From Cyanophyceae cyanobacterium (GTDB lineage Bacteria; Cyanobacteriota; Cyanobacteriia; Cyanobacteriales; JBHJGN01), in NCBI GenBank assembly GCA_050331735.1, contig JBHJGN010000004.1, positions 141,986 through 205,985 on the forward strand: DNA of 64,000 nt, read 5' to 3'. Positions 32,767 through 41,593 of the stretch are shown piece by piece. The position numbers and the translations under genes are program-made. The stretch's first letter is position 1. Each line of letters opens with the position of its first letter. The notes beneath the pieces were generated by a model. That model was not told the DNA's origin. It did no database searches and was given only the letters and a program-made list of their open reading frames with translations.

Positions 32767-32865
32767 TAATCAAGCGGTTAAATCGACTCCTTTAATTTTT
32801 GCATACCATCTTCCGCTCAGAGATAAACCGATAAAATCTATAGCAAGGTCCGAGCAGAATTAGCT

Positions 32866-33444
32866 ATGGTTACAGTCAAACGCTTTACGGTAGATGAGTA
32901 TCATCGTCTTACTGAGCTAGGACTTTTCCAAGAAGATGACCGCGTAGAGCTAATTAGCGGAGAAATTATTGAAATGGCGGCAAAAGGAACTCCTCACAGA
33001 GTTTGCTGCACAAGACTCCTTCGGGAGCTATCCACAATTTTAAAAAATAGAGCGACCTTACAGTGCCAAGATCCGATTACCGTTTCAGCTAGAAGCGAAC
33101 CAGAGCCAGATCTAGCGATTGTCAAAAATCGAGAGGATGATTACTTATCAGGACACCCATCACCGCAAGATGTGCTGCTAGTCATCGAAATTGCTGATTC
33201 TTTCCTTGAATACGATCGTGAAGTTAAGCTCCCTCTGTATGCAGAAGCCGGAATTGAAAATTATTGGATTTTTAATCTTAAAGACAAGCAACTCGAAGCC
33301 TCTACCGACCCCTATCAAACAGCGCGAGGAGACTTCAATTACCGCCAAAAGCAGATTTACTTGCCAAATCAACAAGTCGCCTTACCAACGTTATCAGGGT
33401 TACTTCCGCTAAATAAAATTTTCCCTGAAAAGACATTGGGTTGA
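32866..33444 (+). CDS. Uma2-family putative endonuclease
   Basis: RFTVDEYHRL, SEPEPDLAIV, LVIEIADS and KLPLYAEAGI..YWI motifs. Confidence 0.92.
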   Translation: MVTVKRFTVDEYHRLTELGLFQEDDRVELISGEIIEMAAKGTPHRVCCTRLLRELSTILKNRATLQCQDPITVSARSEPEPDLAIVKNREDDYLSGHPSPQDVLLVIEIADSFLEYDREVKLPLYAEAGIENYWIFNLKDKQLEASTDPYQTARGDFNYRQKQIYLPNQQVALPTLSGLLPLNKIFPEKTLG

Positions 33445-33451
33445 AAGGCAC

Positions 33452-33787
33452 TCAAACTGACTGTTCACCCGGAACAGTAATCTCGCTACACAGTTCATAA
33501 AAAGAGGTCACGGGCGGCTTTGCAAATAGATGAGACATTTCTTTCAAAATTGCCTGGTAAGCTTCATTCTGGTTATCCTGCATATCTTCAATCGCTTCCC
33601 ACAGAATAACGGCAATCCCTTCATCGGTTCCTGGCTTTTGCAGAAGATAAGCTTTCTTAAAGCCCTTGGTGTAGGTAGATACAGCTTTTTCATAAAGCCG
33701 TTGAGCTTCTGCAAATCTGCCCGGTTTAAATTCCCCAATAGCGACGTAGGCATAGTTATGATGCAAAAAGTCTAAAAATTCTGACAC
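33452..33787 (-). CDS. ABM-like dimeric alpha/beta-barrel protein
   Basis: AYVAIGEFKPG...GFKKAYLL...GIAVILWE; GTG start at 33787 preceded by AAGGAG. Confidence 0.7.
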   Translation of the reverse strand: MSEFLDFLHHNYAYVAIGEFKPGRFAEAQRLYEKAVSTYTKGFKKAYLLQKPGTDEGIAVILWEAIEDMQDNQNEAYQAILKEMSHLFAKPPVTSFYELCSEITVPGEQSV

Positions 33788-33907
33788 AGTGAATTCCTTC
33801 TCCTTTATGTTGAGAGCTTTAGTATTTACAATTATCTTCTTGCCAGCAAAAAAGCAACTGGCCACTTACTGTTCTGAACTGTCACCTCAAATGAGATGCA
33901 CTAGTTA

Positions 33908-35275
33908 TTACCGACAGGCTTGCTCAATGTCTTCTGCACTCGTTGGTAATAGAGCCGTTAACACCTCTGTCCCGGTTTCGGTAACCAGGACATCATCTTC
34001 AATGCGAATGCCCCTAACATCGGCAAATTCGGCGAGACGCTCCCAGTTCACTACGTCTTGGTACTGCTGGCGATTAGCATCATTGAGAATGGCCGGAACC
34101 TGATAGAACCCAGGTTCGATGGTCACAACCATCCCGACGCGAAGGGGACGATCCAGGCGCAAATAGCACAAGCCGAAGCGATCGCTGCGCTGCCTGCCCG
34201 CTTCGTATCCAGCCAAATCTCCGAGATCTTCCATATCGTGGACATCCAGCCCGAGCAGATGACCAACTCCGTGAGGGAAAAAGAGAGCATGAGCATCCCG
34301 CTGGACTAAATCTGAGGCACTCCCCCGTAGGATGCCTAGATTAATGAGTCCTTGAGCAATAGTCAAGGCTGCGAGGAGGTGAATCTCTCGAAACTCAATT
34401 CCCGGACGCATGTTTTGAAGGCAAACATCATGAGCAGCCAGAACAACATTATACAAATCGCGCTGCGTCGCCGAAAATCGACCCGACACGGGAAAAGTCC
34501 GCGTGATATCGGATGCCCAGCCCGTTGCTGTTTCCGCCCCCACATCTGCGAGCAGCAAATCTCCCGGCTGAAGCGGATTGTGATACTGATTGTTGTGCAG
34601 CACCTCTCCCCGGACGGTGACGATACTGCTGTAGGCACAGCTCATGTTGCGGGCGGCGATCGCCCTCTCCATTTCTGCCCTGACTGCGGCTTCTGTTGGG
34701 GAGCGAGCAACACTCTGCATCCCGGCTTGATGGGCTGCTACCGAGACAGCGGCGGCTTGACGTAGGTTGGCTAACGCGCCTGCATCATGAGTGAGTCGCA
34801 GAGCGACAATGGCTTGAGCCAAGTCTAAATCAATTCCCTGGGGAGCGTTAGCCGGAGAAATGTGCCTGTCGAGAACCTGGTACTGCCGCTGATAGGTTTT
34901 GTCGTTTTGAAGAGCCACCGTCGCCGCGCCATCGGAGCGGGACTTTAATTCTGATAGCGGATAGGCGGCATCTGCTCCTATTAAGTCAGCAATTTCAGCT
35001 CTCTTAGGCGTCTCTCCGTGCCATAGAATACTCTCAGGAGTTGGATTGTCAACAAACAGTTCTAGTCTGCCGTTCTCTAGGCGAAGTGCGGCATTTTCTA
35101 AGGGAATGCCAGCAAAGTAGAGAAAATGACTACTGGCACGAAAAGAAAACGTATTGGCCGGAAAATTACGGGATACCGGGCCTCCTGACCAGAGAATGGC
35201 TGGCACTTCTAGGAATTTAGCTAAGCGCTGCCGCCGCTGGTGAAGGGTGGTCTTTAGTTCGTTGTTCACTGACAT
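33908..35275 (-). CDS. pepP: Xaa-Pro aminopeptidase (M24B)
   Basis: LLADVGAE, SDITRT, HGVGHLLGLDVHD, TIEPG and GIRIEDD motifs; start ATG 35275. Confidence 0.92.
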   Translation of the reverse strand: MSVNNELKTTLHQRRQRLAKFLEVPAILWSGGPVSRNFPANTFSFRASSHFLYFAGIPLENAALRLENGRLELFVDNPTPESILWHGETPKRAEIADLIGADAAYPLSELKSRSDGAATVALQNDKTYQRQYQVLDRHISPANAPQGIDLDLAQAIVALRLTHDAGALANLRQAAAVSVAAHQAGMQSVARSPTEAAVRAEMERAIAARNMSCAYSSIVTVRGEVLHNNQYHNPLQPGDLLLADVGAETATGWASDITRTFPVSGRFSATQRDLYNVVLAAHDVCLQNMRPGIEFREIHLLAALTIAQGLINLGILRGSASDLVQRDAHALFFPHGVGHLLGLDVHDMEDLGDLAGYEAGRQRSDRFGLCYLRLDRPLRVGMVVTIEPGFYQVPAILNDANRQQYQDVVNWERLAEFADVRGIRIEDDVLVTETGTEVLTALLPTSAEDIEQACR

Positions 35276-35375
35276 AGGTAGGGGCGGATTCAATCTCACG
35301 CTTATCCTATATATACTGTAGTTACCACTGTATATAATCAAGCATCTAAGAATGGATGGGCAGGCTAGACCAAGC

Positions 35376-36203
35376 ATGCAAACCAAGCAATACAAAGTGC
35401 TTCAGCAGATTAGTATCGGTAAACAGCTTGCCGATGAAGAAGCGAAACGGCTGATGCTGGTAGGAACGATTCAGGAAGTCGGAGTCGGGACAGAATTTTT
35501 AGTCGAGGGAGCCGCTAGTAACTCGCTGCACGTTCTGCTGCGAGGAGAGGCTGAAGTTCTGAAAGTGACAGAGGCAGGTAAGCTGCGCCGCCTAGCAACT
35601 TGCGGAACAGGAGAGGTTTTCGGCGAAATTGGGCTGATCTCGAACGTGCCCTATTTTGCCACAGTTCGAGCAATGAGTCCCTGCGTGGTGTTTGTGCTCC
35701 AGCGCGAAGCCTTTGGCAAAATGCTGGCGATTGGAGATAGTGCCGCCATCAAAATTGTGATTGAACTGGGGCGGGTTCTGGGAGATAAATGGCAAAAGCT
35801 CACGAACGGAATTGTCCAGCTTAGTGACGACCACAACACATTGCACAAGACCATTAAGCAACTGAAGGCAGCTTCTTCTTTAGAAGAGTTAGAGCAAGCT
35901 CGCCTGAGTCTCCTCACTAAATCGCAACAGTTAAAAGCGAAATACACGACACTGCAAAACCAGCTTTACTCGCTTAGCCCCCCGCCAGAGCCACAGAAGA
36001 GCCGTCGAGGAGCTGAACTCACTTTAGCGATCGCCACCGGAACCGCCGCAACGGTTGCCATTATCTATTTCCTCGGCGGTTTCCAGTCTCTATTATCTCT
36101 CTTTTCTGGTCGCAATCCTGATGCCGCGCCTCAGATTGCCGTAGAAGAATGTCAAAGCAAACCCCATAGTACTTGGCGCAATGGAGAGTGCGTGTCCGAG
36201 TAA
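35376..36203 (+). CDS. Cyclic-nucleotide-binding domain protein with coiled coil and C-terminal TM
   Basis: VLLRGEAEV...GEVFGEIGLI...ATVRA cNMP fold, then heptad-rich helices and the TM LAIATGTAATVAIIYFLGGF. Confidence 0.85.
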   Translation: MQTKQYKVLQQISIGKQLADEEAKRLMLVGTIQEVGVGTEFLVEGAASNSLHVLLRGEAEVLKVTEAGKLRRLATCGTGEVFGEIGLISNVPYFATVRAMSPCVVFVLQREAFGKMLAIGDSAAIKIVIELGRVLGDKWQKLTNGIVQLSDDHNTLHKTIKQLKAASSLEELEQARLSLLTKSQQLKAKYTTLQNQLYSLSPPPEPQKSRRGAELTLAIATGTAATVAIIYFLGGFQSLLSLFSGRNPDAAPQIAVEECQSKPHSTWRNGECVSE

Positions 36204-36260
36204 ACGCTGGCAAGGCAGAGGTAGAGACGGTTCGAGTTGATAGAGCTAGGGCGATCGCCT

Positions 36261-36413
36261 GAATTAGTGCGGTCTATCGTAGCTAGCGTCATCCGATTAA
36301 CAGAAGAAACAATGCCTCGATTTTTCAAACGGATGGAACAGATGTTGAAAAGAATTAGAGAAATGCCGTCTGAGATCGGTGAGCTACAAACTGATACCAT
36401 TTACCGAAAGTAG
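36261..36413 (+). pseudogene. Remnant of a small coiled-coil protein gene
   Basis: ELVRSIVASVIRLTEETMPRFFKRMEQMLKRIREMPSEIGELQTDTIYRK* resembles the cyanobacterial 'MQSEIRGLQTENRR' type of small protein; no clean upstream start. Confidence 0.4.
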
Positions 36414-36509
36414 TCAGATAGTTCTCCAAGCTAACAACAAGTTGGGGGTTCAAAGGGAAAAACTTGCTGTGCTTGCCTTTTTCCTAACTCATCAAATCTC
36501 TCATTACTT

Positions 36510-36650
36510 TTTCTAATTGGTATTACCTCAATGTTCTGATTCGTAGTCCGAGATGGTGAATGGGGAGTGCATACCTACAATAGCCCCTCTGATGGTTACT
36601 GCTACGGCGATTACTACAGCAGCCTTGAGCAGGCTATCAGCAGCGGCTGA
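36510..36650 (+). pseudogene. Remnant of a small gene, possibly mobile-element derived
   Basis: 36540-36650 reads FVVRDGEWGVHTYNSPSDGYCYGDYYSSLEQAISSG*, with an in-frame TGA just upstream at 36537. Confidence 0.35.
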
Positions 36651-36737
36651 GCCAATATAGCCAATAAAATAATAAAGATAGGCGGCTCTGGGAAAGCCGC
36701 CTACATCAGACATTTAATCTAAGAACATTCTAACAAG

Positions 36738-37211
36738 ATGACCAACACAGAAACCAAAGAAGTTTATGAGCGTGGCATTCTCGACCAGCTCATCAAGAAT
36801 GCAGAAAGGCTAGCGGTCCTAGACGAACGAGTAGTTAGAAACTCAGAGAAGCTGGTGGTAGTTGAGCTTGGAGTAAATGAAGTCAAGGCTCATCTGACTA
36901 ACATAGAAAGCAATGTAGCCAGCCTAGAAAGCAATGTAGCCAGCCTAGAAAGCAATGTGACTAACCTAGAAAGCAATGTAGCCAGCCTAGAAAGCAATGT
37001 GACTAACCTAGAAAGCAATGTAGCCAGCCTAGAAAGTAACGTAGCTACGTTACAGAGCGACATGAGTGAGGTTAAGCCTAAAGTTGAGGCAATTTACAAA
37101 ACGCTAGGCTTTATCAAAACTGGAATAGTGACCATTGGTGTCGGAGTGCTGATTGGAATTGTGAGCAATGTTTTCAGCGCACCGATTTTGAAATTTTTAG
37201 GAGGAGGCTGA
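36738..37211 (+). CDS. Coiled-coil heptad-repeat protein with C-terminal TM anchor
   Basis: Eight heptads of VASLESN/VTNLESN type, then GIVTIGVGVLIGIVSNVF. Confidence 0.85.
   Translation: MTNTETKEVYERGILDQLIKNAERLAVLDERVVRNSEKLVVVELGVNEVKAHLTNIESNVASLESNVASLESNVTNLESNVASLESNVTNLESNVASLESNVATLQSDMSEVKPKVEAIYKTLGFIKTGIVTIGVGVLIGIVSNVFSAPILKFLGGG
36894..37061 (+). repeat. 21-bp coding tandem repeat, 8 units of two variants
   Basis: Units A=GTAGCCAGCCTAGAAAGCAAT and B=GTGACTAACCTAGAAAGCAAT in the order B' A A B A B A' followed by a degenerate unit. Confidence 0.95.
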
Positions 37212-37285
37212 GAAAGAGGTAGGCTGTTTTTAACGGATACAGCCTCCCGTCCAAAGTCAAATATCGATACCAAGTTTGTAATAGA

Positions 37286-37720
37286 ATGACCAACAGCGAG
37301 AACGTCTACCGTCGCATCAACGATGTGGAAGGAGTAGTAGCAGCTAACGTTCAGGGTATAGAAGCTAACCGGAATGCGATCGCAGAATTGACCGCGCTAC
37401 TCAATCAAAATGCTCAGCAGCAGGTAACTACCCGTCAGCGGCTTGATGAGTTCATCGAGACCAGTAACTCTAACTTTGAGCGCTTGGTGAGAGATAGAGA
37501 GGAAGCCCAAAGCGAAATGGCAGAGCTTCAAAACCTTGTCGGGCAAATAGCGGCTAGTCAGCTCAACCTCAATAATGTTGTCATTCCCCGGCTAGCCGAT
37601 AAGGTAGCTGAGGTAGACGAGCAGGTGAGGACTACTAGTGCTGGTTTACAGCAGCTAGAACGAACGGTAGATTACTTGATGAGACGAGACAGAGACCAGA
37701 ACGGAGGGCCGCAGGAGTAA
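37286..37720 (+). CDS. Small coiled-coil hypothetical protein
   Basis: 144-aa helical ORF ending LQQLERTVDYLMRRDR...; preceded by a hairpin like the upstream gene. Confidence 0.8.
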   Translation: MTNSENVYRRINDVEGVVAANVQGIEANRNAIAELTALLNQNAQQQVTTRQRLDEFIETSNSNFERLVRDREEAQSEMAELQNLVGQIAASQLNLNNVVIPRLADKVAEVDEQVRTTSAGLQQLERTVDYLMRRDRDQNGGPQE

Positions 37721-37749
37721 GCCGCTAGAAGCGATCGTAACAAAACTTC

Positions 37750-38203
37750 TTATATTATTGATCTAAAGGTTTCTTGGTGTTCTTTCTGAAACTCTCTTGC
37801 CTGCTGCAAGCGACTTCCCTGCAACAGATAGTCGCTAGCTTTTCTCGGATTATTGCTCCGCGCAGTTCTCCATTCATGAGCAGCGGCTTCAATGCGGCGT
37901 TGCTCGCTCAACCAAACGCGGTTTTCATCGAGCCACTGCTTCAGCAAATGCCAGCGTCGAATCAGGGCTTCGTGAGCGACATTTACCACAGCCACTCGCC
38001 CTGCTTGCGCTCCTTTTTCGACTAATACCAAATCCGGTTTAAATACCCCACTTAAAAATTAGGTAAGGCAGGAGGCAGACGGCAGAAGGGTTTGCAAAGG
38101 AAGGAAACAGGGGTTTGAGATGCGGATTTGGTATAATTCGCTCGTCACAATTAATCGATTCTCCTTATCAGCTAATTCCTTAACCACCTTAACGAGAGCT
38201 TCC
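37750..38203 (-). pseudogene. Internal fragment of a STAND NTPase (nSTAND1-type) gene interrupted by a MITE
   Basis: Removing 38026-38133 and one TAA copy gives EALVKVVKELADKENRLIVTSEL-VEKGAQAGRVAVVNVAHEALIRRWHLLKQWL...YLLQGSRL, which carries the VAHEALIRxW signature. Confidence 0.8.
38026..38133. mobile_element. 108-bp MITE with 11-bp terminal inverted repeats and TAA target-site duplication
   Basis: TACCAAATCCG...CGGATTTGGTA, flanked by TAA at 38023-25 and 38134-36; internal GGCAGGA/GGCAGAC/GGCAGAA heptamers. Confidence 0.88.
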
Positions 38204-40291
38204 AAAAGCCTGACGCGCTTCTAAATGCGCTTCAATTTCTGAACGAGTCCGCCATACCGGACGCAGTTCCCCGCGAGCATAGAGCGGAAGCTGATCGCCA
38301 ACGTGAGCTGAATCGGGTTGAGTAGCATTTCCGTAAGCCGTTAAAGCACTGGCGCGAACGGGATCGGCAAATTCAATGGCAGCGATGTAGGTATCTCCCG
38401 CCACAACGCGAAAGCCTTCTGCGGCTGGAACTGGTTCTAGGACGCGAAAGCTGCCCAGTTGTCCGGGACCGCCGCTAGCAGGGAGATCTCGCCCTTCGTA
38501 CCGCAGCCGCACCACCTCTCCCCAAGTCACATCTAAAGAACCATAGAGACTCTGCACCTGAGCTGCTACCTGCTCTAACGCGGTTACAGCGCCCGCTAAA
38601 TCAGCAATGCCGTCTGGGGTAGTGAGGGGAGCCTCGGAACTCCAAGGAGTGGCAAATAAAGTGGTTGACTCTAATGACAGCGACCACAACGCGAACAACA
38701 CTGCTCCTTCGCTCTCGGCGTTGGTTTGTCTGTCCCAGCTATCTAATACTTCTGCGGCGGCTAATCCAAGGGAGTTGGCCTGGAGCCGCGCTGCCGGGAT
38801 CAGCTCGTCGAGCAGCCGATCTGCTAGCTCTAAGCGGGAAGAAAACTTTTTGGCAATCATCTCTTCAAAACTGAGGGTCGATTGTAGCAGCTTTAGCGAT
38901 CGCTGAGGACGGAAGATATTGTTGGTGTTGCCTAAAGCAGCCGGAGCAAAGTAAGCTGGATAATTCTGCGCATCAAGCAGACGAGGAAAGGTACTTGTCC
39001 AGGGGGGATCGTTGGTATTTTGAAGCCAGCCACTCTCAGGATCTAAGAGGCGAGGCAAGTCTTGGTAGGAGTGGTAGTCTGTCCAAAGCGTAGTGGCAGT
39101 ATCGCCGGGAATCACCCCTTGCCAGTCTTCCCAGGTTCCCGTCCGTACCGGAACAAGAGCGTTAAATACGTAGAAAATGTGTCCTTGGCGATCGCTATAG
39201 AGCAGATTAAACATCGGCAACTGAAGCGAGGACAGCGCTGTTTCCCACTCTGCTAAAGCGGTTGCCTGAGCCATCTGCCAAAACTGCTCTAGGAGTTGTG
39301 GTCGGTCTAGCCCCACCACCCGGAGAGCATAAGCTTTCGTTTCCGTTTGGGCAATCACGGGTCCGTGAACCGAGCGCCGTACCGTCAGCGGTTCTTCTCG
39401 CACCGTTCCATTAGCGCTGACTTGAATCGTCTGGGTTTCTACCTCAAACGGACGCACTTCTCCATCCCAGAGGTAGCCCTCTTCTGCTAACGTCAGCTCA
39501 TAGATATCCGCCCCATCAAAAGTATTAACCGTCAGCGTCCAGCCCAAATCGTCGTTAAAGGCGATCGCTAAAAACGGCATGCCGACTAAAGTCGCTCCGT
39601 AGCTATTAATCTGTGGTGCGTTGAGGTGAGCTTCATAAAGCAGGAAAAGATCCGACCAAGGTAGGTGAGGGTTGGCCAACAGCATCGCCTGCTCGTCGGG
39701 TGAGTGAGAAGGAGCCACTGCCCAAGCATTGGACCCCAGATTAAGAAGAGGAGAGAGGCGATCACTCTCGGCACTAGCTGCAATTTGGGATTGAAAAGCC
39801 TCAAGCCGTAGAGGGTTGATGATGAAATGGAAGTGAATGACCCGCTGCATGTGGGCGAGAATATCCACTCCATTAATGGGTAGAACGGCCTGTAGCTCTT
39901 TGTCGATGCGGTTGGGGTTCTCTCGAACATAGCGATTGATCCCTTCTGCAAAAGCCTCCAGATACTCCTGCATCTGGGGACTTTGAACTTCATACCACTG
40001 CTGCGCTCTCGTTGGAATGCCCATCGTGCGCACATATTGGTCGGACTGGAAATAGTCTTCTCCCCAGTATTCGGCAGCTTTACCCCGAGCTTGACCATAG
40101 AGCCGCAGAATCAAATTTCCGTGACTCTGGGTTTGTGCCCACCCAAAAGAACGAAACAGGCTAGGATGATCGTGGCTGAAAATATGAGGAACTCCCCAGG
40201 TGTCCCACAGAATTTCGCTGCTCGTTTTTCCAATCATTGGATTGCTGAATTGCCAAACGACAATTAACAGGCAGCTTAGCAGAAACAGCAT
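38189..40291 (-). CDS. Penicillin acylase-family Ntn hydrolase (S45)
   Basis: WDTWGVPHI, GSNAWAV (beta-chain N-terminal Ser), LLANPHLPW and QNTNDPP motifs. Start uncertain (40363, 40291 or later). Confidence 0.92.
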   Translation of the reverse strand: MLFLLSCLLIVVWQFSNPMIGKTSSEILWDTWGVPHIFSHDHPSLFRSFGWAQTQSHGNLILRLYGQARGKAAEYWGEDYFQSDQYVRTMGIPTRAQQWYEVQSPQMQEYLEAFAEGINRYVRENPNRIDKELQAVLPINGVDILAHMQRVIHFHFIINPLRLEAFQSQIAASAESDRLSPLLNLGSNAWAVAPSHSPDEQAMLLANPHLPWSDLFLLYEAHLNAPQINSYGATLVGMPFLAIAFNDDLGWTLTVNTFDGADIYELTLAEEGYLWDGEVRPFEVETQTIQVSANGTVREEPLTVRRSVHGPVIAQTETKAYALRVVGLDRPQLLEQFWQMAQATALAEWETALSSLQLPMFNLLYSDRQGHIFYVFNALVPVRTGTWEDWQGVIPGDTATTLWTDYHSYQDLPRLLDPESGWLQNTNDPPWTSTFPRLLDAQNYPAYFAPAALGNTNNIFRPQRSLKLLQSTLSFEEMIAKKFSSRLELADRLLDELIPAARLQANSLGLAAAEVLDSWDRQTNAESEGAVLFALWSLSLESTTLFATPWSSEAPLTTPDGIADLAGAVTALEQVAAQVQSLYGSLDVTWGEVVRLRYEGRDLPASGGPGQLGSFRVLEPVPAAEGFRVVAGDTYIAAIEFADPVRASALTAYGNATQPDSAHVGDQLPLYARGELRPVWRTRSEIEAHLEARQAFGSSR

Positions 40292-40372
40292 TTTGACGAA
40301 AGTGAAGCCGTATATAGCCTTACTTTCTCTCACAGGAGACCGTTTTACTCGTTTCTTTGTCATTTGCCCTCA

Positions 40373-40855
40373 TTAACGCTTGTGCTCGGGTAAAAACTCT
40401 TCATCCAGCAACTGCTCGACCGTGTAAGGACATTGTTCAGGGAAAACAGGAGACTCCAACCCAGCTTCAATGTATTTCTGCTCGACGAGTTTTTTGGCTT
40501 GTTTGTACGTTCTATTCGCCTCAGAAGCAAAGTAGTTGTACAGTGTTTTTGGAGCAAGATCGTCCTCTAACTGAATGCGAAAAGTAAGAATTTCTTTAGC
40601 CCAACTCTTCGTGTAGTAGTCCCGATTGAAAATCCAGAATTGATAGAGAAGTAGATGAATCAATAGCTGCCGCTGCAAACTTTTGACTTCACGCTTTTCC
40701 AACCTTCCCAATGCCTCAATTTCCTCTTGTAGATTTTTCCAGTCTATGTTTTCAAAGTCTTTAGCAGCGATCGCTTTCGCTTGCTCCTGCGTCCACTGGT
40801 AGAAGTCGGTATCGTAGAGAGTATCCGAATCTTTTTCCTTAGCTGTTATTTTCAT
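40373..40855 (-). CDS. DUF29-family protein
   Basis: LYDTDFYQW, IDWKNLQEEIEALGR and FPEQCPYTVEQLLD motifs. Confidence 0.92.
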   Translation of the reverse strand: MKITAKEKDSDTLYDTDFYQWTQEQAKAIAAKDFENIDWKNLQEEIEALGRLEKREVKSLQRQLLIHLLLYQFWIFNRDYYTKSWAKEILTFRIQLEDDLAPKTLYNYFASEANRTYKQAKKLVEQKYIEAGLESPVFPEQCPYTVEQLLDEEFLPEHKR

Positions 40856-41104
40856 GTTTGTATAAAGTATGAACTACCGGTTAGGCAAATGCGACAACAA
40901 CTGCAAGAGAGGCTTTTCGGTTTGCATGATAAGCTTTATGTGCCGTCTGTATTTATCAAGAACAAAGCTGTCTTCTGACATTGACTTCTGTAGCACTCTT
41001 TAGATCGCTCAGAAAAACAGGCGCAGAAGTCAGGAGACAGTAGAGCGATCAACCATTACCAAAATTAGGGCATAGACCCTTCCCTCAACCAACGTAGATA
41101 CTCT

Positions 41105-41593
41105 ATGCATTACTGGTTAATGAAGTCAGAACCTCAAGTGTATAGCATCAGCGACCTGCAACGGGAACAGCAAACGGTTTGGGACGGCGTAAGAAACTAC
41201 CAAGCCCGCAATTTTCTGCGACAAATGCAGGTGGGAGATTGCGCTTTCTTCTATCATTCCAATACTAAGCCGCCAGGAATTGTTGGTGCGATGAAGATTA
41301 TTCAAAGCAATATTGCAGATCCGACGCAGTTTGATTCTAAGAGCGAGTCTTACGATCCAAAATCCACTGTAGACTCACCTCGCTGGCAAACCGTCAAGGT
41401 GGAGTTTGTCGAAGCCTTTGCGAAGATGATTGAGCGATCGACTCTCAAGCAGAAATTTAGTGGCGACGAGCTTTTAGTGGTCAAACGAGGCAACCGCTTA
41501 TCGGTAATGCCAGTTGCAGAGGCGATCGCCCAACAAATTTTAGCAATAGCGAGGAGTCAATCATCAGTGCCCTATTCCCAAAGGACAAGTTAA
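41105..41593 (+). CDS. EVE-domain protein
   Basis: YWLMKSEP, WDGVRNYQARN, FFYHSN and RLSVMPV motifs. Confidence 0.95.
   Translation: MHYWLMKSEPQVYSISDLQREQQTVWDGVRNYQARNFLRQMQVGDCAFFYHSNTKPPGIVGAMKIIQSNIADPTQFDSKSESYDPKSTVDSPRWQTVKVEFVEAFAKMIERSTLKQKFSGDELLVVKRGNRLSVMPVAEAIAQQILAIARSQSSVPYSQRTS

Noticed and set aside
36894..37061. Regular repeats as a possible CRISPR array
   Set aside because: Units are directly adjacent 21-mers with no unique spacers, they lie in frame within an ORF, and there are no cas genes in the window.
40373..41593. EVE, DUF29, Uma2 and GIY-YIG genes as a defence system
   Set aside because: They are scattered, not operonic, and all are common stand-alone cyanobacterial families.
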